A stretch of 64,000 nucleotides of DNA from a virus. Below the pieces are notes generated by a model. It had not been told where the DNA came from. It saw only the letters and a list, made by a program, of their open reading frames with translations, and did not search any database. Below, one piece after another: positions 27,183 through 35,344 of this stretch; the stretch's first letter is position 1; each line of letters opens with the position of its first letter. The DNA is taken from positions 22,341-86,340 of the IMG/VR virus record IMGVR_UViG_3300034071_002576, one strand, 5' to 3'. The translations under genes were made by a program, and so were the position numbers.

Positions 27183-28435
27183 ACTATGTACCTGTTGAAA
27201 CTGTTAGACATGAGGGAAGAATCCCTCACCAAACTGTAAGCTTGGGGAGAGAATCGTTACAGCTTCATGATCAATTGTGATCACATCTGATCCTTAATTG
27301 ATCCGCCCCGCTGACAAGTTAATGACATTCAGGGATCTCTCAAACAACAACTCTCCGGAGAAAGTTGAAACATAATGCCTAGCATGTAGTTAGTTACAGC
27401 GTACAGAATGATCATTGGCTGATAACTGGCCCCGCCATCCTACGGATCGACGCCGTGGTGAGGGGTCAATGTCCAATGGCCAGCGTACCTGCATCAGAGA
27501 CAGATACGCTGGACAAGATCTGTACGTTGTAACTAGCTACAGCCTGACAAGTTAGGTTGTATTCAGCTGCAACCTGACAAGGGTTGCTGACATTTAGTGT
27601 CACTAGTTGTCTTAGTTACAGACAAGATACCCGCTGACAAGTCGCGATATAGGGGGAGAACGTGAGCGGGTAGGGTTCGCCTACCGGATAATGCCCACGT
27701 GGCACCGCTTGTGGGGGAACTTCCGCGCCCACTTCATCGCTTAAGTATTGAACAGTTAGCTAACCGATCGGCTACCCGTGCTAACCCGCACCGGTTTAGC
27801 TAACTATTCTGTTGTCGAGGTTCTTTCACCTAGATACCTTTAAGATCCCGCCGCTCACGTTCGGTCACACTATGCCTGCCCTTGCCTACACTTCGGGGAT
27901 GTACTCCCTACCATCGGCAGCAGTGCGCGGAGACCGTTCGGCCTGGCGCGGGTTCTCTCGGGTTGTCTAGGTGCCCTGGCGGCGTGGCTTGCGCCCCGTT
28001 CCTCCAGTGACACCAAGATCGCCCATAACCGGTTCGCCTGTCAACCACCTAGGGCTAGTTCTCAGCCGGTCTGAGGATTGGCACACAATGCCAGGGTCCG
28101 CACCTAGTTAAAAGACGAAACGCGCGGCGCACGCGCAACTACCACGCCAGCGGCCCGGCCGTCAAGCGTTCGAAACGACAGATGATAGGACCACCACCCA
28201 GTACAGATGAACTATAACTACGTTCACAAAGTTAAATATACAACTTCACATCACTAAATGATACTTAGTGCGGCGCTACTCATCACATAGGCCGGCGCTA
28301 TGTATACACAATTGTCCGCAATCCGCCCTTTTTTTTATATATAGGCTTACACGACGGCGCCGGCGAGAACCCAAAAATAATCTTGCGGGGAAAACGGGGT
28401 GAAACCTCCCCGAATATCAGCATAATAACAGCTTT
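27183..28435. promoter_or_regulatory. 1.25-kb non-coding control region (repeats, inverted repeats, boxA-like site)
   Basis: No ORF of 60 aa or more; GACAAG repeats; inverted repeats; minus-strand TTGACA at 28039..28044 with only a weak -10. Confidence 0.6.
27804..27823 (-). promoter_or_regulatory. rrn boxA-like antitermination element
   Basis: GAACCTCGACAACAGAATAG resembles the cyanobacterial rrn spacer boxA region, recalled as GAACCTTGAMAACTGCATAG. Confidence 0.55.
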
Positions 28436-28774
28436 TTACTCGAAGCGAACGAATAATTCGTCTGGATGTTCGTCAAAAAACTGTAATGTTGCCGGACAGA
28501 GCCACCCTTTCATGGAATTTTCGTAGGAATACCAGGCTCCTCCCTGTTCCATTTCAGTTTTTACGAGTTTTCCGTGCGAATGAGGAAAATTTCTTGCTGA
28601 AAAAATAATTCTGTGCGACTCTTTTGCTGGATCACTGAAGTTTTTAATCAAAAAGTCAATCATTTCAGGCATTCCGCAAACGAATGGTTCATCTCTGAGC
28701 CCTCTGGAGAGATCTGTAAAGGCCCACGTATCGCAATAGCGATAAATTTTGATTGACATCATGGCGTTTGACAC
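28436..28774 (-). CDS. hypothetical protein (DUF6717-like)
   Basis: W.F.D...GL..EPFV.G, GAWY, GWLCPA. Confidence 0.6.
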   Translation of the reverse strand: MSNAMMSIKIYRYCDTWAFTDLSRGLRDEPFVCGMPEMIDFLIKNFSDPAKESHRIIFSARNFPHSHGKLVKTEMEQGGAWYSYENSMKGWLCPATLQFFDEHPDELFVRFE

Positions 28775-28883
28775 AGGGTACGGTGTTTTTGTGATTGCTT
28801 ATCGAGTATACAGTATCGCGAGAGGCCGCCTACCCGGCTTTTTTTGTTTTTTGTTTTAGGATGTAGCAAGGGTTTTCAGGCGC

Positions 28884-31151
28884 ATGTACTCGTACGGATA
28901 TAAAGTTCCCGAGGTGCAAAGTCGCGTTGCGCGTCAGAGACAACCTGTAGAACCTGACAACGTCATTCCCGACCCCTCCGCGGAAGACGTTATTGCTACA
29001 GAAAATACGCTTCCTCCCGCTCCGCCTAATTCGTTGAGTCCTAGAGAATTTTTTGAGTCCCAGATTCTTCCGCAAGTTAGAAGTGTTATAGGTGACTCTG
29101 GCGTTGATGATGCTTATCTGCGCACTATACGCGAAGATACTCGGCAAAGTTTTCTACGCGATATAGAGGAATCTGACCGGAGAAATCTTGAGCAACTTCG
29201 AGGAACTCCTGTTTCTATACCCATTCAGTTCCCCCAGCCTATTTCTCTAACAGGACTCGGTTCTGCTCATACGCAACCTGGTATTCCCGGTCTTTTTGCC
29301 CAAGTTGAGGCTTCGAACGAGGGGGTGGAAGCGCTACGTAAACAAAGAGTCGCGGATGCTTTTGGCGATCTTCTTTCAAAATATCCAGAACTTAATCGAG
29401 TTTTATATGCGGCACCTGCTACGCAGAATAAAGCTCTGCGTGTTAAGAAGTCAGGTTTTGAACCTTATTTAGATTATGTAGACAAAACACAAGTATTTTC
29501 TTCTCCGGAGTCTCGCGCTGGTGTTTATAACGAAATTATCGGTGAATACGCTTCTTTAGAAGACAACCCAGATAAGCGTTCTTTGCTTGCTGAGGCACTT
29601 AGAGAGACTGAACAAGACTATACGAGTGGCGATCCAGAGCGTCAGAGTAGAGCTCGAAAGTTTTTACAAAATGTGTTGGACGACCCCGCGACACTCGAAC
29701 GCATAGAAACGCCTTCGTTTCGTGAAAACCGACCCGTTATTGGCGGCGGTGGCTACGAACCTGTAAAGGATAATCCGTTGGTTAAGAGGATTAATCAGCG
29801 AGCTAAAGCTTTTAATAATTTATACAGTCAATTAGATCTTCAAGATCGGCTAAATATAACTGATGTTTATCCTGGTTTGCGATTTTCCGGGATCAAACAA
29901 GGTGATCAAGCCGGTTTTTATTTAGATCCGGACACTAAAGAAGTTTCCGGTGTTGATTTCAATGATCCCGAGGCTTATGGGGTCAATGTGACTATGAGCG
30001 CCCCCGGAAGTATCTCTCTCGAGGAGTTTGATAACTATAACGTAGGTTCTGAGGTCTCTAAAAATGCTCTGCGTTTCTTAGCCGATTATCCTGTTACGAC
30101 TCAAACAAGCGTAAGTTTTACCACGCGTGAACCCGGTTACAGCGAAAGCAGCTACGGCGCTAAGTTGTTGCCGTCCGAGCTTGTCGGTCCTGTAACGTCT
30201 TTTGTTTCAGATACAGCTTTCCGAGGACTTCGTCCTGGAACACTCGTTGTTAATAGTCCGCTTAGCTCTAATGATTTATACGACAAACGAATAGAGACGG
30301 GTAAATCGGGAAATGAAAGCAATACTTTACGCCGCTTACAACCTTTCATAGATTCGAATAGCCCACTACCTAATCTGCGTGGAATAGCTTATACCTCAGC
30401 AGGTTTCGGTCCCGTAAGCGAGGACAAGACGCAGCTTTCATATGTAGATGACAAAGGTCAAGCCATACCGATTCAGTTAGGACGTGCTGAAGTTCCTTTA
30501 AAAGGCAGGGTTGCTGTTCGCGATGCTGGAGGTGCTTCTGTTTTTACTCCCGCACTTCCTGCTTCTTCTACTCCGCGTTACTACGGACTGGATCCTGTTT
30601 CGGGAGCAGCGTTAGGTGGAGCCGAAGTATTACGTAATCTTCGGCGCGTTCCTTCTGCTTTACTCCCCGGTGCCGCTGATTTGATTCCGAGTCCCGAAGC
30701 TGTACGTACTGGTTATCAACAAGGTCCTGTAGCTATGGGTAAGCAGATGGCGCAGGAGTTTGTACAGAGTTTACCTACTGCCGCAGCTGCTGCTGGTGTT
30801 CTGTCCACGCCGCTAGCCGCGCCCTTGGCCCCAGGTATCGGTGCTGGCCTCGTGGGAACTGCCGGAGCACGGGCGTTGAATGAGGTTGTTCGGCAGGAAA
30901 CTGGCGAAGGTATAGTTCCCAAGCTGCGCCAGGCTATCGGGACTGCACCGCGCACAGGTGCTGCTAGTCCTTCCCGTGCCAAATCACGTCCTTTAACTGC
31001 ACAGGTTCGCCCTTTGACTACTGCGCAGCGGGCGGAGGTGACTCGGCAGCAGAACCGGAATGAACTTCAGCGTCGTATTGAGTTGGCCCAGCAGCGGTTC
31101 AACCCTGGCAAACTTGAGTTTGGCTTGTCTGAGTTGTTGCGCGGTCGTTGA
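28884..31151 (+). CDS. large hypothetical protein, possibly internal virion protein
   Basis: 755-aa ORF with Ala/Gly-rich hydrophobic C-terminal part. Confidence 0.65.
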   Translation: MYSYGYKVPEVQSRVARQRQPVEPDNVIPDPSAEDVIATENTLPPAPPNSLSPREFFESQILPQVRSVIGDSGVDDAYLRTIREDTRQSFLRDIEESDRRNLEQLRGTPVSIPIQFPQPISLTGLGSAHTQPGIPGLFAQVEASNEGVEALRKQRVADAFGDLLSKYPELNRVLYAAPATQNKALRVKKSGFEPYLDYVDKTQVFSSPESRAGVYNEIIGEYASLEDNPDKRSLLAEALRETEQDYTSGDPERQSRARKFLQNVLDDPATLERIETPSFRENRPVIGGGGYEPVKDNPLVKRINQRAKAFNNLYSQLDLQDRLNITDVYPGLRFSGIKQGDQAGFYLDPDTKEVSGVDFNDPEAYGVNVTMSAPGSISLEEFDNYNVGSEVSKNALRFLADYPVTTQTSVSFTTREPGYSESSYGAKLLPSELVGPVTSFVSDTAFRGLRPGTLVVNSPLSSNDLYDKRIETGKSGNESNTLRRLQPFIDSNSPLPNLRGIAYTSAGFGPVSEDKTQLSYVDDKGQAIPIQLGRAEVPLKGRVAVRDAGGASVFTPALPASSTPRYYGLDPVSGAALGGAEVLRNLRRVPSALLPGAADLIPSPEAVRTGYQQGPVAMGKQMAQEFVQSLPTAAAAAGVLSTPLAAPLAPGIGAGLVGTAGARALNEVVRQETGEGIVPKLRQAIGTAPRTGAASPSRAKSRPLTAQVRPLTTAQRAEVTRQQNRNELQRRIELAQQRFNPGKLEFGLSELLRGR

Positions 31152-31190
31152 TTGCTTTAGAATCAATTACGTAGAACACCATCTGTTGAC

Positions 31191-31562
31191 GTGGCGTACG
31201 AAAGTAACTTGCAGTATCGCCCGTCTATGGATAAGTCTCGTTATGAGACTATGCCTTACAATCCGCGCAGCAACCCTCCGCGGTATGAAAACCTCCCTTA
31301 TCGGCTGCGCGATGACCAGCGTCGCGACCCCGTGGACGCCAGCGGGCTGATGGAGGAGTTTATACAGAATATTATGTTGACTCCGCTTGAAGGAGTCGCA
31401 CAGGGTATTCCCGTTGGCGAGGATCCTAATCTGCCGATGAGTCAATCCCAATTCCGTGACTGGGTTAACCGCAGTCGCGATTTGCGCGGTGGGCGCCTAG
31501 AAGACTTCCTTAAGCAACACGGGAGCATGCGAAATTTCATCAACCAGACTCGCGGCGTTTGA
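31191..31562 (+). CDS. hypothetical protein
   Basis: 123 aa; RYE.(M/L)PY repeated twice. Confidence 0.55.
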   Translation: MAYESNLQYRPSMDKSRYETMPYNPRSNPPRYENLPYRLRDDQRRDPVDASGLMEEFIQNIMLTPLEGVAQGIPVGEDPNLPMSQSQFRDWVNRSRDLRGGRLEDFLKQHGSMRNFINQTRGV

Positions 31563-31592
31563 TTCTTGGGTTGTTCTTGGTATAGTGTGTGA

Positions 31593-31750
31593 GTTCCCGC
31601 TCTGCTTTGGCATCGGGCTGCGGGGGATAACCATGGATTGCGGTTGTCTTAAATAAAGCTCACCCCTAAGAGTGTGTTTGCCCCAAAACGTGCTTCCGGT
31701 TGTACGGAGGGGTTGCGTTTGTTGGCCTTACTGACAAACCCAGCGGGGAC
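31593..31750 (+). ncRNA. candidate rod-shaped ncRNA (~158 nt)
   Basis: TG-G-TATAGT at 31578..31586; GTTCCCGCT pairs with AGCGGGGAC; no ORF. Confidence 0.45.
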
Positions 31751-31899
31751 GGGACCCGCCGGTTCAGGAGGCGTCCGATAACGTCTCCCCGACTTTAAGT
31801 GACCATATTGTTGACTCCAACAAAATGGTCTTTTATTGTTGAGTCGATAGAGCCCAAGCCTCTGTCCGATCCTTGAGGTCGGTTACGCTTGGTCCATCC

Positions 31900-32000
31900 C
31901 ACCCAGTGCGAGCCAACGGATAGGACGGCCCCTCACTCGGTACCGGACGCGGTGCTTTGACGTGAGACCGGCGATGCGGGTTCGAATCCTGCCTGGGTGA
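31900..32000 (+). ncRNA. non-canonical tRNA-like RNA
   Basis: Acceptor CACCCAG/CTGGGTG-A, D-stem CGAG/CTCG, T-arm GCGGG-TTCGAAT-CCTGC; no standard anticodon arm. Confidence 0.6.
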
Positions 32001-32029
32001 TTCATATCAGGCACATCCAACTTTATTAC

Positions 32030-32665
32030 ATGAGTTATCTAAATCACAATCTGCCTACATTTACCTGCTATATCCGCAACGAATTTCTATATAATCATAA
32101 GAAGGGCCACGGTGAAGTGACGCTATGTGACGTCCATTCAGTCGCCTCTTTGGAGAAACGCGTTCCCTTATTTGAAGTCTTTTTAGAGAACGGTGTTAAC
32201 TGGACGAGGCGTCCGATACATGCCCTTTGCTGGAAGCCCGACGCGCCTAAGCCTGAGCTTAATGAATGTATGTGGTGGGACTGTTTCTCTCCGTATATCG
32301 ACGTACAGGTTCGGTCGCGCCTCTCGAATTTACGCGCCCAGCTGATTACGTTTAAGGGGGAGAAAAAGGGCGGTATCTACATGTTCACCCTTGACTGGTC
32401 GTGGGAGTCTAAATCGACCTTGAATACAAACTTCAGCGAAACCCCGGAGCACAAGTGTGCGCACTTCTTCCGAATGGATGATGGCAACTTTTACGCGTAC
32501 CCTAATAACCGAATTATTTGGTACGACGACGCATGGCTTAAGAATCGAATTGAAAAAAATCCTGGGTATGAGATTGACTTGACAGAGTACAGCGTAGAGA
32601 ATTCAAGAATGCTTGAAACGTCTGATCACTTTATGTATGAGACAGTAAACACAGGCGACCAGTAG
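32030..32665 (+). CDS. conserved-looking phage hypothetical protein
   Basis: YIRNEFLY, FTLDW, EHKCAHF, YPNNRIIW. Confidence 0.7.
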   Translation: MSYLNHNLPTFTCYIRNEFLYNHKKGHGEVTLCDVHSVASLEKRVPLFEVFLENGVNWTRRPIHALCWKPDAPKPELNECMWWDCFSPYIDVQVRSRLSNLRAQLITFKGEKKGGIYMFTLDWSWESKSTLNTNFSETPEHKCAHFFRMDDGNFYAYPNNRIIWYDDAWLKNRIEKNPGYEIDLTEYSVENSRMLETSDHFMYETVNTGDQ

Positions 32666-32677
32666 GTTATTGCAACA

Positions 32678-32854
32678 ATGTTTAACAGCAGGGTTTGGCG
32701 CGGTTGGGCTAAGGCGTTGGGCGAGAAAGCGTCTCCACGCAAACGCGAGGCTGACCTTGTGGCGATTATCCGCACGTTTATATTTGTGTCTTACTTAACG
32801 ACGAACATCTTTATAGTTGCAGGCGTCATTCGGCATTGGAACGACGCCTTGTAA
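32678..32854 (+). CDS. small membrane protein
   Basis: Manual translation WAKALGEKA...EADLVAIIRTFIFVSYLTTNIFIVAGVIRHW. Confidence 0.6.
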   Translation: MFNSRVWRGWAKALGEKASPRKREADLVAIIRTFIFVSYLTTNIFIVAGVIRHWNDAL

Positions 32855-32865
32855 CAATTGGCAGA

Positions 32866-33483
32866 CTACTTTTTAACGCACCAGAGCTGCCAGCCAGTTT
32901 TGAATGCGCTTTCGATCTCGCCGAATGCGGTGAGTGCGCCGTCGATACCACGCTGAACATCCTCGTGACCGTAGTCATCGAGAATTAAAGCGCCCCCTGA
33001 TCGCAGGAGTGGGTAATAAAGTGCGAGGTCGCGGCACACGGCGTTCGAAGTGTGCTCTCCGTCAATGTACAGGATGTCGATCGGCTGCCTAAGTTCGGCG
33101 TTTAGGGCTGGAAATAGGTCCCAAGAACAGCCTTTGCGGATGTCGATCTTGCCTGCGTTCTTACTTTTGGATGCGTTGGTACGTGCGATGAGCTCGATGC
33201 TGTCCAACGTGGGGAATTTTTCCCTGTTTTCGCGGTATTCATCGTTTCCGGTGAACGGATCGATGGAAATTAGGCGGCTTGAGGGGTGATCCAGGAAATT
33301 ATCGGACCACCAACAGGTTGATGCGCCTTCGTAAACGCCGATTTCGACGATCAGACGGGGTTCGTCGGGTTTGAAGTGCAGTTTTTCGGCTCGGGGCTCG
33401 CTAAACAGGAGCTGAGCAGAGCCCAAAAGCTCTCGGTACCATGCGTGTGTGATCTGGTACTTTTTATCTAGCTCGAAAAGCAT
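32866..33483 (-). CDS. class I SAM-dependent methyltransferase (Methyltransf_24-like)
   Basis: VEIGVYEGAS, IDPF, YIDGEH, GGALILDDY. Confidence 0.85.
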   Translation of the reverse strand: MLFELDKKYQITHAWYRELLGSAQLLFSEPRAEKLHFKPDEPRLIVEIGVYEGASTCWWSDNFLDHPSSRLISIDPFTGNDEYRENREKFPTLDSIELIARTNASKSKNAGKIDIRKGCSWDLFPALNAELRQPIDILYIDGEHTSNAVCRDLALYYPLLRSGGALILDDYGHEDVQRGIDGALTAFGEIESAFKTGWQLWCVKK

Positions 33484-33604
33484 GGACCGGGATCTAGAGT
33501 CACCATAGTACCAGCGCCGTCTTGTCTCGGCATGCGGAATTTTGAGGCTTGCCTCGTTTCCTGCGTAAGGTGTGCTACCATAAGCATGGAGTTACCTCCC
33601 CCAC

Positions 33605-33919
33605 ATGGCTAACAACATCAAAATCAATCTCGATTCCAAGCACCTTCCTCTAGCCGCCGCAGCTTGGCAGTCCTGGAAAATCGTTGCTGTTGTTTTTGTT
33701 TGCGGGTTTATCGGTGTTGGTGTAACGCTCTCGGCTGTCACAGCGGTTGCTTTGCTGCACAACAGTCTCCCTAAGACCGATACGGACCGAGCCCGCCTCG
33801 CATACCAGCGTCAGTGTCAGGCTCAGTTTGCGCTGGACAACGACGGCATGCGTGGCGACACTGGGTTGCTTCTCTGTCAAGCCCAAGCTGAGCAAGCGTA
33901 TCCCAAAGAATTCAATTGA
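33605..33919 (+). CDS. membrane protein
   Basis: Single long hydrophobic segment. Confidence 0.55.
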   Translation: MANNIKINLDSKHLPLAAAAWQSWKIVAVVFVCGFIGVGVTLSAVTAVALLHNSLPKTDTDRARLAYQRQCQAQFALDNDGMRGDTGLLLCQAQAEQAYPKEFN

Positions 33920-33999
33920 GTCTCACGTTAGACTGTGCGCGTTAGCGCTTGCATCGTTTACTTTCTTTTGCTTTACTCATTAAGCACACCCCTGTATCC

Positions 34000-34209
34000 G
34001 TGTCACATCAACTTCTGCACGCTTTTTGTCCTGTTTGTTCCACGGGTTTCGTTTTGAAAGGTTCTCGACTACGTACGTGGCTGAAGGCTAAAGAGAAGAA
34101 TCCGGCACGTAAGGGTCCCTACTGCACGTATCACTGTTCGTCACGGGCTAACGTCGCTTGCGCCCCGACCAATCGCAAGGCCGCTGCTCTGGCTTTGACT
34201 GTTAGCTGA
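34000..34209 (+). CDS. small zinc-finger protein
   Basis: CPVC...GPYCTYHC. Confidence 0.5.
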   Translation: MSHQLLHAFCPVCSTGFVLKGSRLRTWLKAKEKNPARKGPYCTYHCSSRANVACAPTNRKAAALALTVS

Positions 34210-34264
34210 TTGTTACAAGGCTCGCTTCTCTGGGCATTTTCGCCTAGTCTTAGCGAGCCCTTTC

Positions 34265-34340
34265 GCGCATCTAGCAATCTGGTGAATGCAGTCGACTCAT
34301 AATCGACCTTAGGTGAGTTCAATTCTCACGATGCGCACCA
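34265..34340 (+). tRNA. tRNA with CAT anticodon (elongator Met or lysidine Ile2)
   Basis: GCGCATC/GATGCGC, GTCGA-CTCATAA-TCGAC, GTGAG-TTCAATT-CTCAC, encoded CCA. Confidence 0.9.
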
Positions 34341-34341
34341 C

Positions 34342-34523
34342 GCCCCTGTGAAGGACACAGAGGACCCTTTTGTTCTCGTTCTTGCGCAGGTAAAGCTGGC
34401 CGAGTAGTCCAACGGCAGAGACAAGCGACTTAAAATCGCTCCAGTGTGGGTTCGAATCCCACCTCGGCTACCAATTACTGTGCGGGCGGCACGGGCTTGC
34501 GAGTTCGAATCTCGCCAGGGGCA
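34342..34523 (+). ncRNA. tRNA-shaped shell enclosing tRNA-Leu
   Basis: GCCCCTG/CAGGGGC-A, D-stem AAGG/CCTT, T-arm GCGAG-TTCGAAT-CTCGC; stalk in place of the anticodon arm. Confidence 0.65.
34398..34473 (+). tRNA. tRNA-Leu(TAA), short variable loop
   Basis: GGCCGAG/CTCGGCT, AGCGA-CTTAAAA-TCGCT, GTGGG-TTCGAAT-CCCAC, CCA. Confidence 0.9.
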
Positions 34524-34543
34524 CCTCTTCACCTTTTAGTCGG

Positions 34544-34705
34544 ATGACTGACGAACAACTGAACGATCTCTTTACTGAGTTCTGGGCGGAAAGCTACCCG
34601 AATGTTAAGCCGGGTGTGCACGCCATCAGCACGCATCTTGCCTTTGCGCGCCAAGTGCTTGATGTTTACAAACTCATGCAAGTTTCCGACGCCGTTAGCG
34701 AATAA
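34544..34705 (+). CDS. small hypothetical protein
   Basis: Manual translation MTDEQLNDLFTEFWAESYP... (53 aa). Confidence 0.5.
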   Translation: MTDEQLNDLFTEFWAESYPNVKPGVHAISTHLAFARQVLDVYKLMQVSDAVSE

Positions 34706-34811
34706 GACACAGCACAGAGTTGTGGTATCGGTTACGTGGGATTTTAAGTCTCACGTAACTGTATTTCAGTAAGCCCTTATAATTGATCTAAGAGTGTTGC
34801 TGTAACGGTTC

Positions 34812-35315
34812 GTGACCGATAGAGCTATTTTTAATCGCCGGTACACGAGCTTCACGCCTGGCGGCCAACAGGTTTGGTTGGTTAACGGCACAAGCGTAAC
34901 GACAAGCGCATCCACAACTCAGACTTTTACAGCGGGCGCTACCTTACTGCAAGGCGCTCCTGTGTATGTCAGCGGCACATATGCGTTACCTGCTTCGGCG
35001 GCTAGCGGCATTGCAGCTGTGAACTACAACGTGATCGGTTTTGCGACCGAGTCCGTGTCGAGCGGAAGCGGCGTGGCCGTAGTGCTGGACGATACTGCGA
35101 TCATCGGATCGGCCAATTTGGTTGGCGAAACGCAGCTCACTCCCGGCCAGTACTACTATTTAGCTAAGTACACCGGGCAGATCACACAGTACGCCACAGC
35201 GTCAGGTACTGTCACAGCCTCGGGTGGTTACGGTGCGTTGGTGAATGTTGGTTTAGCTTTAAGTACGACGGAACTTCAAGTTGAGATTGAACCTCCCGTC
35301 ACTCTCACAGCTTGA
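34812..35315 (+). CDS. putative virion structural protein (fibre-associated)
   Basis: T/G/A/V-rich; LTPGQYYYL...GQIT, VGLALSTTEL. Confidence 0.55.
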   Translation: MTDRAIFNRRYTSFTPGGQQVWLVNGTSVTTSASTTQTFTAGATLLQGAPVYVSGTYALPASAASGIAAVNYNVIGFATESVSSGSGVAVVLDDTAIIGSANLVGETQLTPGQYYYLAKYTGQITQYATASGTVTASGGYGALVNVGLALSTTELQVEIEPPVTLTA

Positions 35316-35344
35316 CTGTATAATTAACATACGGGGGTAATGCT

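Noticed and set aside
31593-34525. tmRNA, RNase P RNA or SRP RNA identity for the RNA elements
   Set aside because: No G3-U70 Ala acceptor or tag frame, no GAGGAAAGTCC, no SRP GGAA-loop motif seen
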